Positions 51,599 through 62,891 of a stretch of DNA of 64,000 bases are shown here, in pieces; the first letter of the stretch is position 1; every line of letters begins with the position of its first letter. Made by a program: the position numbers and the translations under genes. Below the pieces are notes generated by a model. That model saw nothing but the letters and a program-made list of their open reading frames with translations. It did no database searches and was not told the DNA's origin. This DNA is from Pristiophorus japonicus. Lineage: Eukaryota. The stretch is from positions 44,578,001 through 44,642,000 of the forward strand of contig NC_091988.1 of the NCBI RefSeq assembly GCF_044704955.1. The letters are read 5' to 3'.

Positions 51599-52057
51599 TG
51601 TCATGTATCCTACATGCTACTGTTGATACTATCTCAAGGTGTGCCACCAAAGGGCACAGCAGTGGGAGACTTGTAGGTTACCTGTACAGGTGTGCCTGGC
51701 CTAGTATAAAAGGCAGGCCATCAGGTGTGATCCTCACTCTGGAGTTAACAAATAAAGGACTAAAATCACTACAGTTCAAATACAAAACATTGTCTCGTGG
51801 AGTCATTATTTTAGCATCCAAGGACACAACAATTGGCGACGAGATTATGAACTTTCACACAAAAATGGCTACCCTTGGTACGTTGCAGCAGTTCTGGAAC
51901 TAGTTTGTCCTTACTCACCGGTCACCGCATTGATAATATATCTCACCAGTCTAACGTACTTGTGTCACAACGGAACCACAAATGTAATGCAAACTTGTTT
52001 TTCTGAACTTGAATGTATATGAATGCAATGAGTCTCCGGCATAATCTATATGTGTGT

Positions 52058-52088
<31 letters not shown>

Positions 52089-52501
52089 GGAAGAATGGAG
52101 TCATAAGGGACACACACAAACAGCAACCATCAGCACTCTACTGCACCACCACTCACCCAAGATTGAAACGACCTGCCAAGGGTCAAGAAGATAGAGCCCA
52201 GATAGAGCTAAGCCCAGAGCACAGTCAATGCAGAGACGATTTGCACTAAAGGCTTAGGGGAGAGTGATGTCATGCATCCTACATGGCTATTGTTAGTACT
52301 ATCACAAGGTTTTCCACCAGAGGGAACAGCAATGGGAGATTTGTAGGTTACCTGTACAGGTGTGCCTGGCCTAGTATAAAAGACAGGCCATCAGGTGTGA
52401 TCCTCACTCTGGAATTAACAAATAAAGGACTAAGGTCACTACAGTTCAAGTACAACACATTGCCTCGTGGAGTCATTATTTGAGCATCCAAGGACACAAC
52501 A
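51599..52501 (+). mobile_element. TRIM-like miniature LTR element
   Basis: LTRs 51599-51831 and 52268-52501; TSD GGAAT; PBS TGGCGACGAG; PPT; 436-bp interior carrying only the gag start (MATLGTLQQF). Confidence 0.92.
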
Positions 52502-54317
52502 GGAATGATTCGATTATTTCTGATGAGTCAGACAGTATTGTTACAAGTAATGTACCAGTAGAAAATCCTACATCAGATGTACTAGAAACAAGTCCAAGAG
52601 AAAGTGAAAATTGAAGTCCGATTCCTAGTCAGGCCGACAAACGGTCTGAAGTTGTAAAGAATCAAAATGTAGATCAAGGGTTGCCCTTGGAGAAAAACTC
52701 TCCCCAGGCTCAGCCTAGAATGAGTCTAAGTTCAACACCAAGTTTGGAAAGTTCTGTTCAAGAGCGAAGGTATCCTCTTTGAAACAGAAAACCAGTGGTT
52801 AAGTTTGATTTGTAAATATGGAAGAATAAGTTCATATCTTTTGTTTTGTATAACCATGCAAGTTATGAATAATGATTATTTTGTTATGATTATTTATTCA
52901 TTAAGAAGGGAAAAGTGTAATAGAGCTCCCCTAGTGGACTACTACTGTACTGCAACTACTAATGTAAATAATAAAGGATCACATGGCAAAGTCACATGAA
53001 TACAGGTTTCTGTATTGGAGCCATCTTGTGTCGAGTGTGTTAGTGATGTAAGAATATATAACAGTTCCAAGTGTTGACAACCCTTTGACTAAAAAAAAAC
53101 ATCACATCTAATCTTGTCCTATGCTTGCATAGCTTATAAAGGGTTCCTCAATGTGGTGTATGTAGCACTCAAATCACAGACTCCACACAGTCTGGTGTTG
53201 TAGTAACTGCTGTAACCTTAGCCCTTTATTGTGTAACTCCAGAGTGCCTCTCAGGTGTGGTGGGCAGCCTTTTATACTCTGTCTTGCAGGTACCTTCAGG
53301 TCTCCCACCACAGTGCCCTCTGAGGCGCACCATTGTACTTATACATTTAATGTACCTGGACAATACATAACATCTCACTTCTCCCCCAGTTCCAGAAGCC
53401 ATTGCCGGTGACCTCGGCCTTGTTCGTCCTGGTTGATTTGTGAGTGTGAGTCCATGAAGTTCATGACTATCCACTTCCCTCTTCTCCCCTATGTAAAGGT
53501 TATGCTTGCGATCCGGTGCAAGCCTGCGGTATTTGCAGTCCTTACATGGGTGATGAAGTACACAAGCATAACCTCCAACAGAAAACAGGTATACATAGAC
53601 AGTACATTTGTATGGTACATATAATATGTGGTACAGATGTTGCAGGTACACTGAACAGTTATTTAATCCCAGCTCCTCTGGGTGAGGTGCGGTGGCGGTA
53701 TAGTGCCCCTTTTTGCCCGAGCTAACGGGCTGCGCTGAGACAGGGTATCACAACTAGTGCATTGCCTCTGTTCTCAGAAAGTGATCGCCTTAGAGGCTCA
53801 TCTGCAGCTGCTGAACCATTGCATGAATCACATAAATCGAGAATTGCATTGGTCCACTAATCATGTTAGTCACAGATCCATTTACCCTTTTACTGTACCT
53901 TGTGGTATTAACTCTTTTTGTAATACATATCCCTTATTTTAAACACAGTACCCATTCAGCATCAAAATATTAACTCTTATCATAACTCACTTCATCATAC
54001 AAATCACATTGCTCATTTAGACTCGCTCTTGCCTTACAAAAGTCTCTTTGTGGGGCCCACCATGGTGTAAAGCCTTTTAAGACTCCCGGGTGCATTTCCC
54101 TTTTAAGACGCCATTTTGTGGTTCCCACGAGGCTTCCCTTGGGCGCCGCCATTTTAGTTACTCTGCTTGCATTTGTCTGCAGAGCTCTGCTGCCACGAGG
54201 CTCGCCACCATCTTGAGCTCGCTGGCATGACGTTTTACATTCTGGAATAGAAGGATTAAAGAGGAAAGAAGAAAGGAAACCAGCTAAGACAATTTGATCA
54301 TGGCTCTTTGGATTCGA

Positions 54318-54714
54318 TCAGTCATAGTCCTTGTGAAAGCGGCCTCCGTAATTGGTGCTGTATCCGCCGCTCTGGCTCTTGTACCCACCTGAGTAGCTGT
54401 CGCGTTCTCCCGAGTCATACCTGCCACCGCCGGAGCATCTGCCGCCGCTGTAGCCTCTGCTCCTGCCGTTGTACCAGTAACTACCGCCTCTCCTGCGGCC
54501 GCCGTAGCCACCACCACCGCCGCCGCTGTCCCGGCCTCCACCGTAGCCGCGACCGCCGCCTGACTTTTTCTCCGCGTGGGCCCCCCCCCCGGATTTGTCG
54601 GCCATCGATGGATTTCCCTTTCATCGCCTGCAGCGCGTCGCCAGCTTGCACCTCAGCGATCGGTCCGTACTTGAAAAACTGCTCTTCCAGGGTCTGCTCG
54701 TCTGTGTGGGGATT
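54318..54714 (-). pseudogene. Captured processed RBM3/CIRBP-family sequence (RRM remnant plus RGG/Gly-Tyr tail)
   Basis: TDEQTLEEQFFKYGPIAEV and DALQAMKGKSIDGRQIR..HAEKKSGGGRGYGG...SQSGGYS...KDYD-stop match cold-inducible RNA-binding proteins. No introns; RNP1 segment deleted. Confidence 0.85.
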
Positions 54715-55996
54715 TCTCCTCCAGCTTGGTCGGCGCTGCTCTTTGGGAACCCGGGGAACAGCAGTCTGTGGAGGAATGAAGTCTTTCCAGCTCCCATGGA
54801 CCTTCCCCATCCACCTCCTGCCGAGAAGCGTCGGCCCATCGCCTGCAATGACCCACAAAGGTAAACCATGCGTCTCGCCCCCGTGAGATACCTGCACATC
54901 CGCTCTGCCAAGAACAGGTATCAGTTCCTTGGTGTAGGTACGCAGCTTTGCTGTGACCGGAACCAGCTTGGGTCGTGCAGCTGGGTTGACTCACAGTTTA
55001 TCAGAAATTTCCTGACTCATCAACGACGGACCCGATCCAGTGTCCACTTCCATACTCACTGGGACTCCGTTAATCTTGACTTCCATAATCACTGGGGCTG
55101 AACCGTCAGTACACGTATACAGACCAAACGCCTCATCTTCTTCTGCCTGCTCCTCGCTGGAAGATGGACCCTCTACCATCTCCTCAGTCACACGGTGAGT
55201 CAGATTTCTTTTGCACATACGCTGAAGGTGGCCTTTCGTGTGGCAGGCATTGCATGTATACTCCGCAAACCTGCACCGGTGAGCCCCATGGCTTTCTCGC
55301 AGCGCCAGCATGGTGCTACTCGATTAGCCCCCCTCGGCGGACTCTGAGTTCCAGGACCCCGAGATACGTGCTCTCTGCCCTGGGCAGAGCCACGTTCTGC
55401 AATTTTGTCTGTGGTGGGCGCTATTCTGTGGACAGTGCCTGCCGGGTTCGAGACTGTGTGTATCATCTGCTTGGTGCTGCAAGTCGAGGTCATAAATGCC
55501 CTGCTGATGGTAATGGCTTGCTTCAGGGTGACTGTGGGTTCAGTGGATAGCAGCTTGTGGAGGAGACCCTCATGTCCAATCCCCATAACAAAGACGTCCC
55601 GCAACGCGTCGTCAAGGTGTGTGCCAAAATCACACGGCGCCCCGAGTCTCCTGATGTCTGCAGCATATTTGGTGACATCCTGGCCCTCAGGTCTGCAGTG
55701 GTGGTAGAATTTGTGCCTGGCCATGAGAATGCTCTCCTTCGGTTTCAGTTGGCCACGAATAAGTTCAATCAGCTCCTCATATGATTTGTCCTTGGCGCTC
55801 ACGGGTGCCAGCAAATCCCTGACGAAACAGTAAACCTCATCACCGCAACTGGAAAGCAATATCGCCTTACGCTTCTCTCTCAGTGCGTCCGTGTTCCCCG
55901 TCAAGTCGTTTGCTGTAAAGTAGTACTCGAGCCTTTCCGTAAAGGCCTCCCAGTCATGGCCACTGTAAAATCCTTTAACGAGTCCAGAGTACCCAT
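54715..55996 (-). pseudogene. gag plus aspartic protease
   Basis: ATG at 55996; LRDVFVMGI; Zn knuckles (CWRC, CNACHTKGHLQRMC); EVDTGS; LLGRRW. Frameshifts and one in-frame TGA (54991). Confidence 0.9.
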
Positions 55997-56851
55997 GGTT
56001 GCGTGAAGTTCGTCCGTGTCCTCGTTGCCAATGTAGTGTATGCAGCGCTCAAATCACTGACTCCACGCAGTCTGGTGTTGTAGTAACTGCTGTGACCTTA
56101 GTCTTTTATTGTGTAACTCCAGAGTGCCTCTCAGGTGTGATGGGAAGCCTTTTATACTCTTGTCTTGCAGGTACCTTCAGATCTCCCACCACATCGCTTA
56201 CTTATACATTTAATGTACCTGGACAATACATAACACTCAGAAGTTACAGCTGGAAGTATGGAGCACCTCTGTGGAAAGTCCGGGCAATTAAGTTTAGAAA
56301 TTACCTGAAAATATAAAATGAGTGTTAAAAGAGATTTTTTAAAGAAAAAAAAAAGATGTTATTAGTTCATTCTTTAACATGGTGAGTTGGGACTCTGAAA
56401 TAATTTCATTGTAAATAGATTTCACTAAATCTGTGTTAAATATAAATAGTTTTATTGCGCATTAGTTAACAAATGCTTTAATGTGTATTCATCAAATATA
56501 TACACAAAGGTGCCTCAATTAACCATACTACTATTATCCACACCAACAATTATCTGCAAGGAATCAAGGCGCTTAGTTTAGCAGAAAGCCTTTTATATAT
56601 AATTGAGTGGTTTAAATTGGTTTTCACAGACTAGATTCTTGATCTAGCAGGATGCGTAGTTGTTATTTGGATGTGCAGTACCTGCTAAGATTTACTATCC
56701 ATGCAGCTTAAATTTGTGTCAGACAATACGTGGGGACAAGATTTTGGGTCCAACAGACCAGCAAGAGTTGGTGTTCCAACATTATTTTCAAGAATACCTC
56801 ACTTTTTAAATGAAAAAATTTTACTTTTCTGCATGTTGATGGAGGAATTTA

Positions 56852-57545
56852 AAAAAAAAATTCATTCCAGGATGTGGGCATCGCTGGCAAGGCCAGCATT
56901 TATTGTCCATCCCTAATTGCCCTTGAGAAGATGGTGGTGAGTTGCCTTCATGAACCGCTGCAGTCCTTGTAGTGAAGGTACACCTACATTTCTCAATCAG
57001 GATAGAGTGTAACTTGGAGGGAACATACAGGTGATGGTGTTCCCATGTGCCTGCTGCCCTTGCCCTTCTAGGTGGTAGAGGTCGCGGGTTTGGGAGGTGC
57101 TGTCGAAGAAGCTGTGGCGAGTTGCTGTAGTGCATCTTATAGATGATACACACTGCAGCCATTGTGCGCCGGTGGTGGAGGAAGTGAATGTTGGAGGTGG
57201 TGCCAATCAAGTTTGCTGCTTTGTCCTGGATGTTGTCAAGCTTTTTGAGTGTTGTTGGAGCTGCACTCATCCAGGTAAATGGAGAGTATTCCATAACACT
57301 CCTGACTTGTGCCTTGTAGATGGTGGAAAGGTTTTGGGGAGTCAGGAGGTGAGACACTCGCCACAGAATACCCAGCCTCTGACCCGCTCTTGTTGCTACA
57401 GTATTTATGTGGCTGGTCCACTTAAGTTTCTGGTCAATGGTGACCCCCAGGATGTTGATAGTGGAGGATTCGGCGATGGTAATGCTGTTGGCTAGCAAGG
57501 GAAGGTGGTTAGACTCTCACTTGTTGGAGATGGTCATTGCCTGAT
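56852..57545 (-). mobile_element. CR1/L2-group LINE 3' fragment
   Basis: ILGVTIDQKL, IYKAQVRSVMEYS and LDNIQDKAA; same family as the 5197/12787 pieces. Confidence 0.8.
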
Positions 57546-58759
57546 GTACTGAAATTGATGGATGTAAATAGACCCATCCAAAGCCTAAAGCTTACTGGGT
57601 CAGACTAAATATTGGGAGGGGGCAGCTCTCATTTAGCTACAAACTTCCTTAATCTGCATTATGTGTCTGAATTTCCAATGTGCACTGGAAGCATAAAGTT
57701 AAAATGCCACCCCTCCTGTCTCAGGAATTTAATTTATTAGGAAAGGTTCAGGAACATGAGCTCATTCTCATTGTGAAAAAGGTAATTCAAAGATTACATA
57801 TTAATAAACGGTTCAAACATTAGATGGTATGAATTAGATATCTAAATCAATTCGTGAATTCTGTAAGAATGATAGAAGTATTGAATAAGTTACTGGGAAG
57901 ATTACTAAATGGATCCAAGAGACAGCTAGATATGTTTGCGGAGATAAATCAATTGAGGATTATAGTGAGAAGGTGGGTTGAGATCAATCAAAATGGGACA
58001 GACATGTTGGGACAAATGGCTTTATCAATTTCTAAACTTTATGTTCCAAAGAAAGATCTCTATAATCGGTGAAAGGAAAAATATCTGCTTCTTACTAAAA
58101 GAAGTTGTACATGTAATAAATAGCAAAATCATTTTTATAATAGCCCCTTTTCAGCAAGTTAAAAGACAATTAAATAAACACAAAAACTTATTTGTCAGCA
58201 CTTCTTGATACTTAAGTACAAGAAGATACTGCTATGTCTCAACTATTTTACCAATACAAAGAGTGCATACAATACAATTTTCTTATAATAGTAAGGTATA
58301 TACAGAACCTGTGATTTTTATATGTAATCTTGTATTTATTTATAAACATTTTTCAAAGCTGTATGATCCAGAATATATATTTTTATTCAGTTCATCTCTC
58401 ACAATCCTTTATATTGATGTTGAAAAATCATCACAAGACATGTTTATATCTTATGACTAAAACCTATGTGTGCATTCATTTTGCAGTTAACTAAATGGCA
58501 GTTTGATATTTTTCATATATACTATATAGTTCTAAAAGGTACTTGTTTCATCTTGCACAGATGAATTGTTGAAATTGTCACAAATATTTTTAATGTTCTA
58601 ACCAACAGAATTGCAAGATCAATTGATAAGATTTTTGACCAAATAAATTATCATTCTTCAATTAAGTTGTTTATGGTGGTTATGAAAATGAAGTCAGCAA
58701 GAGGATTTTTTTCCCCAAAGCAATGTTTGGTTCACATCTAATGATGCACAAATTATAAA

Positions 58760-60436
58760 TTAAGACTGAATGTGAAGAATAGTTTTGAATGTTTTCTTAA
58801 AGTTCTTGTTGCACAGAGGGTAAATGAATGGGTTAAGTGTTGAGTTAATGTAACCCAGCCATATTGTGAACATATGTAAATTGTGATTGATACATGTATC
58901 ACAGAAAGCCATAACCATAAATGCCACAAAGTAGGGAATCCAGCACACCATGAACCCTGCCATTATGAAACCCAATTGCTTGACAGCTTTTCTTTCTTTT
59001 ACTATGAGAAGGCCTTGTACGTACTGCACAGACTGTGAGAAAAACTTCTGCCATGATTGTTTAAATTGATTAATGCTGTCTGTTCCTTCAGTTTCTTCAG
59101 ATTCATGAACCCAAGATGGTGCTTCTGGACGTGGACAAGACATAGAACCAAACTGAAGCAACACCTCATTGAATGTTTGTATATCAGAGATATCTGATAT
59201 TTCACATTTTTCATCAGCTGAATTCTCTGCATTGTGTTCTTTTGTAGTCATGTATGTTTGTTGGGTGTTATTACCTCTTTGTCTGTGCAGTACACTCCTA
59301 GGAAAGTACTTTAGTTTTGCTATGGCAACAGGACTATCCAGGGTAAGATTTTCCCTTGAGTTTGCAATATAATTTAGACTGTAATCTGGTTCCATATGCT
59401 GATTTTGTGACTTACTGAGAGGCAATGACCTATGGTAAAAATCTGTTGAAATTTGTCGCTTTGATGGTGAAATGGAGAAGACATCAATACCTTCAATTGG
59501 GATGTTCTTCTCACCTCCTAAAGTATAAGACGTCTTGATTTCTTTTAAGTCAGAACAGTTAAACCTGCACTGTGAAAATTTGCACGTATCTTTGATTTTT
59601 GTATTTGGGGGTTCATGATCTGAATTTTCATCTTGTTGGTTCAAGCAAGTTTTATGTTTGTGCCATGATAGTTTCACATTCTCCTTGAAAATTTCTCTGT
59701 CTATAGTTGAGCACATAGGTCCACTTATATTGTCCCGTTGCTGCCAGTGTTTTCTTACAGCCATGTAAATTTTTGTGTAATACCACAGCATTAGTATAGA
59801 TGGGACATAAAAGTTCAGGACCGCAGTAAGAATTTTGAACCAGGTGACATAGCGAAATTCAGTCTCACATATATTGTTTGTGACAGTCCTGATACCTCCA
59901 TTTGCAAAGAAATGCCATCCTAAAATGGGCATGATCCAAGTCAGTGAAAGAAGCCAGGCTGCTACTATCGTAGCAACTGCTCTAGCTCTTGTCCGATACT
60001 TCAGATATCTCAATGGCTGACGAACTGAACGGTAACGATCCACACATAGAATAAAAAGGCTAAAAATTGAAGCTGTGCTAGCCACATAATCCATGGAAAG
60101 CCAAAACTGACAGATCGCTCTTCCTAGTTTCCATTCATTTTCTAATGTGTACATAATATTAAGGGGCATGACTGTCACACCAACTATCAGATCTGCCATG
60201 GATAGACTAACTATGTACATGTTTGCAACAGTTTGTAGTTTTCTTTCACTTTTCACTGCATATAGCACCAAAACATTCATGATGACAGTCAATAAAGATA
60301 AAAAGCCCAAGACTAGACCAAGTAAAATGTTCTTGGCAGGAAGCTGGTGGTAGAAATCTTCTTTTGTGTAGTTTTCTGTTGTAAAAACTGTATAATTTGC
60401 GATGTGTATAATTGATGTTGCAGTAGTAATATTCAT
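58760..60436 (-). CDS. HRH1: Histamine H1 receptor (class A GPCR), single coding exon, 558 aa
   Basis: 7TM pattern with WLSMDYVASTASIFSLFILCVDRY, TAVLNFYVP, ERKAVKQLGFIM..CWIPYF and HMFTIWLGYINSTLNPFIYPLCN..FKKTFK.ILHI. First ATG at 60436. Splice acceptor TTTTGTTTTTCAG ends at 60525, so the 5'UTR exon(s) lie further right. Confidence 0.96.
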   Translation of the reverse strand: MNITTATSIIHIANYTVFTTENYTKEDFYHQLPAKNILLGLVLGFLSLLTVIMNVLVLYAVKSERKLQTVANMYIVSLSMADLIVGVTVMPLNIMYTLENEWKLGRAICQFWLSMDYVASTASIFSLFILCVDRYRSVRQPLRYLKYRTRARAVATIVAAWLLSLTWIMPILGWHFFANGGIRTVTNNICETEFRYVTWFKILTAVLNFYVPSILMLWYYTKIYMAVRKHWQQRDNISGPMCSTIDREIFKENVKLSWHKHKTCLNQQDENSDHEPPNTKIKDTCKFSQCRFNCSDLKEIKTSYTLGGEKNIPIEGIDVFSISPSKRQISTDFYHRSLPLSKSQNQHMEPDYSLNYIANSRENLTLDSPVAIAKLKYFPRSVLHRQRGNNTQQTYMTTKEHNAENSADEKCEISDISDIQTFNEVLLQFGSMSCPRPEAPSWVHESEETEGTDSINQFKQSWQKFFSQSVQYVQGLLIVKERKAVKQLGFIMAGFMVCWIPYFVAFMVMAFCDTCINHNLHMFTIWLGYINSTLNPFIYPLCNKNFKKTFKTILHIQS

Positions 60437-60844
60437 GATGGACAAAGCAGACTAGTTTACACAGCCTGAATACACAACTTGGTCACAGAGTCGATACTCC
60501 TGATTGACATGTTAAAGATCGTGTCTGAAAAACAAAAGTCAGTGAGTCATTACTTGCAGACTTGACATATTTAACAGCAGTCAAAAAACAAAAACAATTA
60601 GCTTAACTATTGCCTAATTGCATACAATGTATTGAAAAAAAATCTGCTTCAGTTACACTTGGTGGATTCATACAATTTGTATTTTCATTAAAATTGTGTT
60701 GATGTGGAGTATTTTATAGCAACCAAACAAAAGTCAGTTGAAGAAATAATAATTTTAAAATGTTAGAGGAAGTGGGTTAGGAAGGTTGTAAACTTCCACA
60801 AGCATACAGCTGAACTAATAAGATGTTTTTTGCTTTTTGCCAGA

Positions 60845-61630
60845 CCGGGTAAGGGCAGCAGATTTCCTTCCCGAAAGGACATTGGTGAACCAGATGGGGT
60901 TTTACAACAATCATTGATCACCATTACTGACACTAGTGCTTTTTAAAAATTGTCTGAATTTAAATTCCACAGCTGCCATGGTAGGATTTGAACTGACAGC
61001 TCCAGATTATTGGTACAGGCCTTTGGATTACTAGTCCAGTAACATAACCATCATATCATCATAGGCAGTCCCTCGAATCAAGGATGACTTGCTTCCACAT
61101 CAAAAAGTTCACAGGTGTTTTCAATGATGGACCTAAAATTCCAGGACCGAACTAAATCTTGAAGGGTGGAAGATGCCTGTGCTTGGATTTTTTTTAACGT
61201 GTGGTGACCGTTGCACACCAGCCACCACACGGGCTTGACAGAGCTAGGTCTTGGTCCAGTAGCAAGGATTAACCAAGACGACTGGAGACCAGCTCTGCTG
61301 CACGGACCTAGTGCGCGCACATATCGCAGTGTGGGCTGGCCCGTGCTGCCCCTGGGCCCTCGCCTCTTCTGGGCCCCGAACTCACGCCTCTCCTAGGCCC
61401 CGATCACTTCCTCTATAATCTCTCGCCGCTGCTTCGCCCCGACCTTACCGCTCCTGCTGTACCTGCCCACGCTCCAATCACCGACCTGGATCTTGGCGAC
61501 GTCACTCTTCACTGCCGTTGCTCTCCTGTTCCAGCACGTGCTGCTCCCTGGAGTGGTATGCCGCCACGCTGCTCCTTCCGCTCCCCGGCCTGCTCCGATG
61601 GTGCTCGCATAACCACTATGCTACTATACC
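60845..61630 (-). mobile_element. tRNA-derived SINE fragment, interrupted
   Basis: Box-B-like GTTCAAATCC on the minus strand at about 60983-60992; the head is split by the 61051-61607 insertion. Confidence 0.55.
61051..61607 (-). mobile_element. Short non-coding retroposon with RTE-like (ATG)n tail
   Basis: 8-bp TSD CATAACCA (61043-61050 and 61608-61615); minus strand ends GGGACTGCCTATGATGATATGA; GC-rich head. Confidence 0.7.
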
Positions 61631-62891
61631 CCATAGGATATATAAGCACAGAAACAGAAACCTCATATGCTTATCTAACTGCCCCTTAAATGCATCTATG
61701 TTATTCGCTTCATCCACTCCCTGTGGTAGCGAGTTCCACATTCTCACCACTCTCTGGGTAAAGAAGTTTCTTTATATCATTGAATAAGATGTTAAATAAC
61801 TTCAGATTGTAAAAGTGGAAGAGGAAATATAGTAATTGATCATTTAAGGTTGGCCTACTTCAATGCTTTTCCTAAAATTATTAAAACAACTTTTATAGAG
61901 AGAAAAGGAAAAGAGGGGGGAAAAGTGGACAAGTATTGAATGGCTCGGGTCCAGGTCAACTTATCGGCCTGAGGTCACTCTGTTCCCTCCCGGCACCATT
62001 TCTTCTTTGCTGATTTTCATGTCAGTTGAGGCACTCGCTCCAGGCAAGCAGAGGCCTACTTGACATTCACAAGATGCGGCCCGATGCCTCCTGGCAAAAC
62101 CTAGTGCGAGGAAGTAGGTTGGGAAAGTTGGCTACTGCTACAGGATGCTAGTCCAAAATCAGCAGCCACAAGGCCTCAGCTGATGCTACATTGTCCACTT
62201 AACAATTATTACAATTTAAAATTCATTTATTGGATTTTCCACCATAAATCCCTCAACCTCTCCACTTTTCTCTCCTATTTTAAAAATCTCCAAACCCCAT
62301 AATCTTCTACCAAGCTTTTGGGCACCTTTCCTAATCTCTCTCTTCCTGGTTCAATGTCCTTTTTCTATATCTGTGAAGCCCTTTGGAATGTTTTTAATGT
62401 TGAAGGTGCTTTATAAATGGAAGTTTTGTTGAGAAGAATTAATTCTGAAGGTCATCCTATTTTTTCTTTTTGACCAAGATACATAATTTTCAAACCTAAG
62501 AAACTCCATATAAACTTTGCAGCTGTGAATCTATTATTATTTTTTCTTACTACTTTCCTCACTGCCCATTGCAATTTTATTCCACTTTTCTGTTTCCTAT
62601 TCTGGTAATATTTTCAATAACTCTCTACTATTGTATGTTACAGTCTTCTCATAATGTGTTTTGATTTTTCCTTACACTTGCTTTTAATTTTCCTTTCGAG
62701 CAATATTATGAAGTACACAAGAGCACCATTTTTCTTATCCCAGACGGGCACGAATGAGGTGTGCATGCACCAATAGGGGCCGCACAAGTTCCGGGTTTAG
62801 GCATGCACTTCTCTTGACAGATCATCTGCATCCCTGGGAAAGGGGCTCTTTTTGGTAGTGGTAAGTGGTACCTGCAAAAGAAAACACTTTG

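Larger units (their letters stand above)
47995..53063 (+). mobile_element. Older Ty3/Gypsy (Mag-like) element, degenerate with most of RT/RNaseH deleted
   Basis: LTRs 47995-48163 and 52916-53063; perfect TSD GTTCC; PBS TGGCGATGAGGAT; gag, protease IDTG and integrase LHVDFA. Confidence 0.9.
53152..56235 (-). mobile_element. Non-autonomous Mag-like LTR element (gag-protease plus captured host cDNA)
   Basis: LTRs 53152-53372 and 56032-56235; flanks CTCAA/CTCAG; PBS TGGCAACGAGG; PPT; no RT, RNaseH or integrase. Confidence 0.92.

Noticed and set aside
54318-54714. The functional host CIRBP/RBM3 locus
   Set aside because: No own start codon, no introns, RNP1 deleted, and it lies between LTRs.
60437-60445. 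HRH1 start at 60445 as given in the ORF track
   Set aside because: That codon is TTG; the first ATG with A at -3 is at 60436.
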